Assembly: GCA_038117045.1 (NCBI GenBank)
Contig: JAYOFE010000002.1
Location: forward strand, 242 to 64,241
Source: Alphaproteobacteria bacterium
GTDB taxonomy: Bacteria > Pseudomonadota > Alphaproteobacteria > UBA6615
DNA length: 64,000 nt
Direction: 5' to 3'
Shown: piece by piece, positions 57,051 to 64,000 of the stretch
Layout: the number at the start of each line of letters is the position of its first letter
Position numbering within the stretch: the first letter of the stretch is position 1
Notes under the pieces: generated by a model
What the model saw: only the letters and a program-made list of their open reading frames with translations
The model's database searches: none
What the model was told of the DNA's origin: nothing
Made by a program: the position numbers and the translations under genes

Positions 57051-60000
57051 ATGCGGATCGAACGCCGCTTTACCGTTGAAGGCACCAGTCCGTACGCGGA
57101 CATCGAGTTTCGGACCTCGTCGAGCGAAATCCGCAATCCGGATGGTTCGGTTGTATTTGCAGCCGACAATATTTCGGTTCCCGCTGCGTGGACGCAGGTC
57201 GCCTGCGACATCCTGGCCCAGAAGTACTTCCGCAAGGCCGGGGTTCCCGCTCACCTGAAGGCAGTGAAGGAAGACGACGTTCCCGAATTCCTGTGGCGGC
57301 ACGAGCCTGACGCGGCAAAACTCAAGAAGTTGCCCGCGACCAAGCGCACGGGTAGCGAAACCGATGCGCGCCAGGTCTTCGACCGGCTGGCCGGCACATG
57401 GTCCTACTGGGGCTGGAAAGGCGGCTATTTCGACACTGCCGAGGACGCCCAGGCCTACTACGACGAGATGCGCTTCATGCTCGCCTCGCAGATGGCAGCG
57501 CCGAACAGCCCGCAGTGGTTCAACACCGGCCTGCACTGGGCCTACGGCATCGACGGCCCCGGCCAGGGCCACCACTATGTGGACTACCAGACCGGCAAGC
57601 TCACGAAATCCAAGAGCGCCTACGAGCATCCCCAGCCGCATGCCTGCTTCATCCAGTCCGTCGCCGACGACCTGGTGGGCGAAGGCGGCATCATGGACCT
57701 GTGGACCCGCGAGGCACGGCTGTTCAAGTACGGCTCGGGTACGGGGTCCAACTTCTCCGCCATCCGCGGCGAGAACGAGCCCCTGTCGGGCGGCGGCAAG
57801 TCGTCCGGCCTGATGAGCTTCCTCAAGATCGGCGACCGCGCGGCGGGCGCCATCAAGTCCGGCGGCACCACCCGGCGCGCGGCCAAGATGGTCGTGGTCG
57901 ACGTCGACCATCCGGACATCGAGGACTACATCGAGTGGAAGGTCCTCGAGGAGCAGAAGGTCGCCGCGCTGGTGACCGGCTCGCGCACCTGCAAGACGCA
58001 CCTCACCGAGGTGATGTCCGCCTGCTGCGGACCCGAAGCGCCTGAGGGCGATGAGCGGTTCGAGCCGGCCGAGAACCCGGCCCTCAAGAAGGCGATCCGC
58101 GCCGCCCGCAAGGCGCTGGTGCCCGACAACTACGTACAGCGCGTGATCCAGTTCGCGCGCCAGGGCTTCACCGAAATCACCTTCCCCACCTACGACACCG
58201 ACTGGGATTCCGAGGCATACCGGACAGTCTCCGGCCAGAACTCGAACAACTCTGTGCGCGTCACCGACGACTTCCTGAAGGCGGTCGAGAACGGCGGATC
58301 CTGGGACCTCAAGCGCCGCATCGACGGCGATGTCGCGAAGACGGTCGACGCCCGCGACCTGTGGGACAAGGTCTCTTATGCGGCCTGGTCCTGCGCCGAT
58401 CCGGGCATCCAGTACGACACGACGATCAACGACTGGCACACCTGCCCTGCCTCGGGCCGGATCAACGCATCCAACCCGTGCTCGGAATACATGTTCCTCG
58501 ACGACACGGCCTGCAACCTGGCATCGCTGAACCTGATGACCTTCCGCAACAAGGACGGCTCGTTCAACGTCGAAGCGTTTACCCATGCGGTGCGCCTGTG
58601 GACGCTCACGCTGGAAATCGCGGTCCTGATGGCGCAGTTCCCGTCGAAGGAAATCGCGCGCCTCAGCTACGAGTTCCGAACGCTCGGCCTCGGCTACGCC
58701 AATATCGGCGGCCTGCTCATGGCCTCGGGCCTGTCATATGATTCCGACGAAGGCCGTGCGCTCTGCGCCGCCATCACGGCGCTGATGACGGGCACCTGCT
58801 ACGCCACGTCGGCCGAAATGGCTGAGGAGTTGGGTGCCTTCCCGGGACACGCGAAGAACGCGCAGCACATGCTGCGTGTCATGCGCAACCACCGCCGCGC
58901 CGCCCATGGCGAGACGGGAGGCTATGAAGGCCTGGCCACCAACCCCGTGCCTCTCGACCACGCCAACTGTCCCGACGATGCCATTGTCACGGCGGCCCGG
59001 GCGGCCTGGGACAGCGCGCTGGAACTTGGTGAGAAGCATGGCTACCGCAACGCCCAGACCACGGTGATCGCGCCCACCGGCACGATCGGGCTGGTCATGG
59101 ACTGCGACACCACCGGCATCGAGCCGGACTTCGCGCTGGTGAAGTTCAAGAAGCTGGCCGGCGGCGGCTACTTCAAGATCATCAACCGGATGGTGCCGCA
59201 GGCGCTGCAAGGCCTCGGCTATACGCCCAAGCAGATCGACGAGATCGCGCGCTACGCCGTGGGCCACGGCTCGCTGGCCGACGCACCGGGCGTGAACCAT
59301 GCGACGCTGGCCGAGAAGGGCTTCGGCGACGAGCAGATTGCCGCCGTCGAACAGGGCCTGGGCACGGCTTTCGACATCCGCTTCGCGTTCAACAAGTGGA
59401 CTTTGGGCGAGGCCTTCTGCACTGAGACTCTTGGCCTCGATTCGACGCGCCTCGACGACATGTCCTTCGACTTGCTAGAGGCTCTAGGCTTCAGCGAAGA
59501 ACAGGTCGCGGCTGCCAACAACCACGCCTGCGGGACGATGACGCTGGAAGGCGCACCGCACCTGAAGGACGAGCACCTGCCGGTCTTCGACTGCGCCAAC
59601 CCTTGCGGCAAGATCGGCAAGCGCTACCTGTCGGTCGAGAGCCACATCCGCATGATGGCGGCCGCACAGCCGTTCATCTCCGGCGCGATTTCCAAAACCA
59701 TCAACATGCCGAACGCGGCGACGGTGGCCGATTGCGCGGACGCCTACATGTTGTCGTGGAAGCTGGGCATCAAGGCCAACGCGCTCTACCGCGACGGCTC
59801 GAAGCTCAGCCAGCCGCTGCAGTCCCAACTCCTGTCGGATGACGAGGACGAGGCGGATGAACTGCTCGAGGAGCTTCTCGACGCGCCCGATGGCCGCCGT
59901 GCAGAAATCGTCGCGGAACGGGTGGTCGAGCGCATCGTGGAACGCGAGGTCGAGCGCCGGGTGGCTCGCTCTAAGCTGCCGCACCGCCGCAAGGGCTACA

Positions 60001-60764
60001 CCCAGAAGGCGATCGTGGGTGGCCACAAGGTCTATATCCGCACCGGGGAGTATGACGACGGCACGCTCGGCGAGGTGTTCCTCGACATGCACAAGGAAGG
60101 CGCGGCCTTCCGCTCGCTGATGAACAACTTCGCTATCGCGGTGTCCATCGGCCTGCAGTACGGCGTGCCGCTCGAAGAGTTCGTGGACGCCTACACTTTC
60201 ACCCGGTTCGAGCCTTCGGGCCCGGTCGAGGGAAACGACACGATCAAGTTGGCCAGTTCAATTCTGGACTACATCTTCCGCGAACTGGCGATCAGCTATC
60301 TGGGCCGCAACGACCTCGCCCATGTGGAGATCGACGATCTGGAACCCGACACGATGGGCCGTGGCCAGTCCGATGACGGCCTGCCCCCGAAACCGACGCT
60401 CACGCAGTCAGTGATCAGCACGGGCTATGTGCGAAAAAACGTGCTGTCAGTGATTGAGGGCGGCTTGCGCGGGCGAGAGGCTGTGGAACATCAGCCGGAA
60501 GCCAGCCTTGAAACAGAGGCCACGGGCACTGACGGCATGACGGCGGGCGAGATCGAGACGATCGTCACCCCGATGCCGAGCCCCGGACAGCAGCAACTCG
60601 ACCTGGAATATGTCGTCCAGGAAGAGCGTTCGATGCGTATTCGCCAGGCACGCCTTCAGGGTTACGAGGGTGATGCCTGTACCGAATGCGGAAACTTCAC
60701 GCTTGTGAGGAACGGAACATGCCTGAAATGCGACACCTGCGGCGGAACCAGCGGGTGTAGCTAA
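57051..60764 (+). CDS. nrdJ: Class II (adenosylcobalamin-dependent) ribonucleoside-diphosphate reductase
   Basis: Trimmed to [15 protein letters not shown] (ATG 57051), giving 1237 aa. It has a long alphaproteobacterial NrdJ layout. The C-terminal Cys-rich zinc-ribbon-like end is [28 protein letters not shown]. Confidence 0.92.
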   Translation: MRIERRFTVEGTSPYADIEFRTSSSEIRNPDGSVVFAADNISVPAAWTQVACDILAQKYFRKAGVPAHLKAVKEDDVPEFLWRHEPDAAKLKKLPATKRTGSETDARQVFDRLAGTWSYWGWKGGYFDTAEDAQAYYDEMRFMLASQMAAPNSPQWFNTGLHWAYGIDGPGQGHHYVDYQTGKLTKSKSAYEHPQPHACFIQSVADDLVGEGGIMDLWTREARLFKYGSGTGSNFSAIRGENEPLSGGGKSSGLMSFLKIGDRAAGAIKSGGTTRRAAKMVVVDVDHPDIEDYIEWKVLEEQKVAALVTGSRTCKTHLTEVMSACCGPEAPEGDERFEPAENPALKKAIRAARKALVPDNYVQRVIQFARQGFTEITFPTYDTDWDSEAYRTVSGQNSNNSVRVTDDFLKAVENGGSWDLKRRIDGDVAKTVDARDLWDKVSYAAWSCADPGIQYDTTINDWHTCPASGRINASNPCSEYMFLDDTACNLASLNLMTFRNKDGSFNVEAFTHAVRLWTLTLEIAVLMAQFPSKEIARLSYEFRTLGLGYANIGGLLMASGLSYDSDEGRALCAAITALMTGTCYATSAEMAEELGAFPGHAKNAQHMLRVMRNHRRAAHGETGGYEGLATNPVPLDHANCPDDAIVTAARAAWDSALELGEKHGYRNAQTTVIAPTGTIGLVMDCDTTGIEPDFALVKFKKLAGGGYFKIINRMVPQALQGLGYTPKQIDEIARYAVGHGSLADAPGVNHATLAEKGFGDEQIAAVEQGLGTAFDIRFAFNKWTLGEAFCTETLGLDSTRLDDMSFDLLEALGFSEEQVAAANNHACGTMTLEGAPHLKDEHLPVFDCANPCGKIGKRYLSVESHIRMMAAAQPFISGAISKTINMPNAATVADCADAYMLSWKLGIKANALYRDGSKLSQPLQSQLLSDDEDEADELLEELLDAPDGRRAEIVAERVVERIVEREVERRVARSKLPHRRKGYTQKAIVGGHKVYIRTGEYDDGTLGEVFLDMHKEGAAFRSLMNNFAIAVSIGLQYGVPLEEFVDAYTFTRFEPSGPVEGNDTIKLASSILDYIFRELAISYLGRNDLAHVEIDDLEPDTMGRGQSDDGLPPKPTLTQSVISTGYVRKNVLSVIEGGLRGREAVEHQPEASLETEATGTDGMTAGEIETIVTPMPSPGQQQLDLEYVVQEERSMRIRQARLQGYEGDACTECGNFTLVRNGTCLKCDTCGGTSGCS

Positions 60765-60889
60765 GAGGTTCGAGCCGGACGGACCCCGATGGCTCGAATA
60801 GCCGGCCCCGCGCCTGTCCGATCGGCGCCGGGTCACACTCTCCTCCCTGACCTCCGGGGTGTGCAAAGGTAGGCGCACCCCGGCTTTTT
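60765..60889 (+). ncRNA. Candidate structured 3'UTR element / small RNA with exposed CUCCUCCC motif
   Basis: Two hairpins (ttcgagcc/ggctcgaa at 60769-60798; gcgcc/ggcgc at 60810-60828). Then an apparently unpaired CTCCTCCC (60840-60847) and a terminator hairpin with a T-tract. No promoter identified. Confidence 0.25.
60854..60889 (+). terminator. Rho-independent terminator downstream of nrdJ
   Basis: CCGGGGTGTGC-AAAGGTAG-GCGCACCCCGG-CTTTTT. Confidence 0.8.
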
Positions 60890-60978
60890 CGCCCCCTCGG
60901 CCGCCGAACGCTTACCGTTCCCGGCTTGAACGGGTATTCTCGCCAAAAGCCCGACCCACTCCCAGCCAGGATCCTTTC

Positions 60979-61446
60979 ATGTCCGGAACCATCGACGCAC
61001 GCCTTTCCGAACTCGGCATCGAACTGCCGCCCGCCAATGTGCCCGCGGGCAATTACGTCCCCTATGTGCAGACAGGTAACCTGTTGTTCGTCTCCGGCCA
61101 GATCCCGATGGTGGACGGCAAGCCGGGCTTCATCGGCCGCCTCGGCGCGGAAATCGACGTGGAGGAAGGCGCAAAGGCCGCCCGGACCTGCGCGCTCGCC
61201 ATCCTGTCCCAGGTGAAGGCTGCGCTCGGCGGCGACCTCGACCGGGTGAAGCGGGTGGTCAAGCTGACCGGCTTCGTGGCGGCTACGCCGGACTTCACCG
61301 GCCAGCCCACCGTTGTCAACGGCGCATCAGACCTGATGGTCGAGATCTTCGGCGATGCCGGGCGTCACGCCCGTGCGGCCGTCGGCATGTCGTCCCTGCC
61401 CGCCGGCGTAGCGGTCGAGGTCGAAGCGGTCCTGGAAGTCGCCTGA
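60979..61446 (+). CDS. RidA/YjgF family protein
   Basis: Trimmed to MSGTIDARLSELGIELP, 155 aa. YjgF/YER057c fold pattern (LLFVSGQIP...ARAAVGMSSLPAGVAVEVEAVL). Confidence 0.82.
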   Translation: MSGTIDARLSELGIELPPANVPAGNYVPYVQTGNLLFVSGQIPMVDGKPGFIGRLGAEIDVEEGAKAARTCALAILSQVKAALGGDLDRVKRVVKLTGFVAATPDFTGQPTVVNGASDLMVEIFGDAGRHARAAVGMSSLPAGVAVEVEAVLEVA

Positions 61447-61465
61447 TCGCAGTATCGAGGACTCA

Positions 61466-62365
61466 TTGGCCCTGCCGCACCGTCATTCCCACGGCCATGT
61501 ACCGCCGGACACACCCGGCGGCGACCGCAAGCTGGTGTTCGCCATCGCGGTCAACGTCCTGCTGACCATCGCCCAGGTCATCGGCGGGGTGTTCTCCGGC
61601 TCGCTCGCACTGATCGCGGACGCGATCCACAACCTGTCCGATGCGGCGGCGTTGGTCATCGCGTTGGTCGCGCGCAAGATCGCCCGCCGACCTGCCGACG
61701 CCAACCACACGTACGGCCACGGCCGGGCCGAGATGGTTGGTGCACTGTTTAACCTCACCTGGCTGATCTTCATCGCGCTGTTCCTGATCGTCGAGGCTGT
61801 CCAGCGCCTGATCGATCCGCAGCCCATCGAGGGCTGGACCATCGTCATCATCGCGGGCATTGCGCTTGTCATCGACGTTGCCACCGCCATGCTGACCTAC
61901 CGGCTGTCGAAGACCTCCATGAACATCCGGGCGGCCTTCATCCACAATCTCTCGGATGCCATGGCCTCTGTCGGCGTGATCGTGGGCGGTACGCTGGTGA
62001 TCCTCGAGGGCTGGCTGTTCGTGGATGCTGTAGTGACGCTGGTGATCGCCGGCTACATCCTCGTCCATGCCGGCCTGGAAGTGCCGAAGGTTGTGCACAT
62101 CCTGATGCAGGCCGTACCCCACGAGCTGGACATCGAGGCGGTGGCCGATCGCCTGAACGAACTGGACGGCGTGCATGATGTGCACCATGTGCACATCTGG
62201 AACATCGACGAACACCGCCGCTCGCTGGAGGCCCACGTCGTGATCGAGCCGTCCGACATGCAGAAGATGGAGACGATCAAGGCTGCCATGAAGGCGCGTC
62301 TTGCCGAAGAATTCGATATCGGCCATTCCACACTTGAGTTCGAGTTTCCGGGCAAGACTGTCTAG
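61466..62365 (+). CDS. Cation diffusion facilitator family transporter (CzcD/ZitB-like)
   Basis: 299 aa. TTG start with GAGGA 5 nt upstream. His-rich N-terminus HRHSHGH. TM2/TM5 metal-site motifs HNLSD (twice). Confidence 0.87.
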   Translation: MALPHRHSHGHVPPDTPGGDRKLVFAIAVNVLLTIAQVIGGVFSGSLALIADAIHNLSDAAALVIALVARKIARRPADANHTYGHGRAEMVGALFNLTWLIFIALFLIVEAVQRLIDPQPIEGWTIVIIAGIALVIDVATAMLTYRLSKTSMNIRAAFIHNLSDAMASVGVIVGGTLVILEGWLFVDAVVTLVIAGYILVHAGLEVPKVVHILMQAVPHELDIEAVADRLNELDGVHDVHHVHIWNIDEHRRSLEAHVVIEPSDMQKMETIKAAMKARLAEEFDIGHSTLEFEFPGKTV

Positions 62366-62374
62366 ACTGATCCC

Positions 62375-63553
62375 ATGCCCGACGGTGACACAGCACTTTC
62401 CGCCCGCGTCGTCGAAAACATCGCGAACATTCCCGCAGGCACCTGGGAAGCCCTATCGGGCGGCGACAACCCGTTCGTCAGTTATCCCTTCCTGCTTGCC
62501 CTCGAAGAGACCGGCTGCGCCACCAACGAGGCGGGCTGGCAGCCCCACCACCTGGTGGTCGAAGAGACCAACGGTGACATCGTTGCCATCGCGCCGCTCT
62601 ACCTGAAGAGCCACTCACAGGGCGAGTACGTCTTTGACCATGGCTGGGCCCATGCGTGGGAGCGCGCGGGCGGGCGTTATTACCCGAAGATGCAGGTGGC
62701 CGCTCCCTTTTCTCCCGTCTCTGGGCCGCGCCTGCTGGCCGGCATCGGACCGGATTCCGACGATGCCCGCCTCACCCTGCTGCGGGCGCTGGAGACGGTG
62801 TGCGAGAAGCTGGGCCTGTCCTCGGTTCATGTGACTTTCTGCACCCAGCACGAACACGAACTGATGGGCATGGCCGGATGGATCCAGCGGGTGGGCCGCC
62901 AGTTCCACTGGCACAACCGCAACTACCGTTCCTTCGATGATTTCCTCGGCGCGCTGACCAGCCGCAAGCGCAAGATGATCCGCAAGGAGCGTCAGAAGGT
63001 CGCCGACCAGGGCATTACCGTGCGCCCGCTGTCGGGCGACGACATCCGGCCCGAACACTGGGACGCGTTCTACCAGTTCTATGTCGACACCTATGACCGC
63101 AAGTGGGGCTATCCCTACCTGAACCGCGCCTTCTTCGAGGCCGCGCAGGACCGCATGGGCGACAAAATCGTGCTGGTGATGGCGGATTACGAGGGCCTGC
63201 CCGTCGCTGGCGCGCTGAACCTGCGCGGTTCGGATGCGCTCTATGGCCGCAACTGGGGCTGTCTCGGCGACTTCCGCTTCCTGCATTTCGAGGCCTGCTA
63301 CTACCAGGCCATCGAATACGCAATCGAACACGGCCTGCACACGGTCGAGGCCGGCACCCAGGGCCCCCACAAGATCCAGCGTGGATATGAGCCGGTGCAG
63401 ACCTATTCCGGCCACTACATCCCGAACGAGAGCTTCCGTGACGCTGTCGCGCGCTTCTGCCGCGACGAAGAACGTGAGGTGGACTGGGAAATGGAAGCCT
63501 ATGCGGAAAACCTGCCCTACCGGCAGGAGGGCGAAAACGAAAAGGGCGGCTGA
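62375..63553 (+). CDS. FemAB-like / DUF482 family GNAT-fold protein
   Basis: 392 aa. NPFVSYPFLLALEETGC...YLKSHSQGEYVFDHGWA...RKRKMIRKER...YGRNWG matches my recollection of the DUF482 (FemAB_like) family. Confidence 0.7.
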   Translation: MPDGDTALSARVVENIANIPAGTWEALSGGDNPFVSYPFLLALEETGCATNEAGWQPHHLVVEETNGDIVAIAPLYLKSHSQGEYVFDHGWAHAWERAGGRYYPKMQVAAPFSPVSGPRLLAGIGPDSDDARLTLLRALETVCEKLGLSSVHVTFCTQHEHELMGMAGWIQRVGRQFHWHNRNYRSFDDFLGALTSRKRKMIRKERQKVADQGITVRPLSGDDIRPEHWDAFYQFYVDTYDRKWGYPYLNRAFFEAAQDRMGDKIVLVMADYEGLPVAGALNLRGSDALYGRNWGCLGDFRFLHFEACYYQAIEYAIEHGLHTVEAGTQGPHKIQRGYEPVQTYSGHYIPNESFRDAVARFCRDEEREVDWEMEAYAENLPYRQEGENEKGG

Positions 63554-63565
63554 GGCCGCCCTTTT
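63541..63565. terminator. Bidirectional rho-independent terminator (the loop contains the stop codon of the upstream gene)
   Basis: AAA-GGGCGGC-TGAG-GCCGCCC-TTTT, between the convergent FemAB-like gene and clpA. Confidence 0.85.
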
Positions 63566-63592
63566 GCCTGTTTCTCAGCCAGATTCCTCGGC

Positions 63593-64000
63593 TTATTTCT
63601 CGACCAGCGCCGGTTCCTTGGCCCCGCCGCCGGAACCGTCGGTCGACGGCTTGCCGCGCTTGCCCTTGCCGGACCCGCCCTTGCCGCCGCCCTTCGGAGA
63701 CGGCTTGTCCTCCTCGAAACCGAAGGCCAGCTTGTCGTCCTCGACCGTGACCTTGACGATCCCGCCCTTGGTCAGCTTGCCGAACAGCAGTTCCTCGGCC
63801 AGCGGCTGCTTCAGGCTTTCCTGGATGACACGGGCCAGCGGGCGTGCGCCGAAGCTCGGGTCGTAGCCTTTTTTCGATAGCCAGTCGCGCGCCTCGTCGC
63901 TGAGCGTGATGGTGACGTCGCGGTCGCCGAGCTGGGCTTCCAGCTGCATGACGAACTTGTCGACCACCCGGCCCATGACATCGGGCGACAGGTTGGAGAA
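63593..64000 (-). CDS. clpA: ATP-dependent Clp protease ATP-binding subunit ClpA (C-terminal part; truncated by the window edge)
   Basis: C-terminal D2-small domain (YDPSFGARPLARVIQESLKQPLAEELLFGKL) followed by a Gly/Lys-rich tail. The reading frame continues past 64000. Confidence 0.85.
   Translation of the reverse strand, partial: FSNLSPDVMGRVVDKFVMQLEAQLGDRDVTITLSDEARDWLSKKGYDPSFGARPLARVIQESLKQPLAEELLFGKLTKGGIVKVTVEDDKLAFGFEEDKPSPKGGGKGGSGKGKRGKPSTDGSGGGAKEPALVEK

Overview
This is a high-GC, densely coding stretch of core chromosome from an alphaproteobacterium. The lineage call rests on a MucR/Ros regulator, RpoH, TTAA-N7-TTAA CtrA-type boxes, the NDUFA12-like/DUF2155 cluster, a long class II RNR and a K+-independent H+-PPase. 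I call 69 protein-coding genes, one of them (clpA) truncated at the window edge. I see no rRNA, tRNA, CRISPR array, transposase, integrase or prophage signature.

Most of the content is housekeeping:
- merR-ihfA, then rpmF-plsX-fabH
- a long co-directional rpiB-glyA-nrdR-ribD-ribE-ribBX-ribH-nusB-thiL block
- the parC-recO-era-rnc-lepB-acpS-pdxJ-spoT-rpoZ-folK block
- aroQ-accB-accC-aat, nrdJ and the clpA 3' end

I do not see a self-contained novel system of the defence-island kind. The items that deserve a second look are:
1. An architecturally atypical TRAP transporter, with a double-size Q subunit and a DctM carrying a roughly 330-aa soluble helical tail.
2. Two tandem FliL-like genes appended to the thiL operon, one carrying a G11 homopolymer.
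3. An NDUFA12-like / 2x MlaD / DUF2155 operon with no MlaEF partner.
4. A MarR regulator with a 7-Cys C-terminal module, next to a highly patterned marR-rpoH control region.
5. A possible anti-SD (CUCCUCCC) sRNA or 3'UTR element after nrdJ.
6. A GNAT-acylase-threonine dehydratase unit with tightly coupled junctions.

All calls come from reading the ORF translations and the DNA by eye. No database search was run. Start codons were chosen by conserved N-termini, overlaps and SD-like sequences, and may be off by a few codons.
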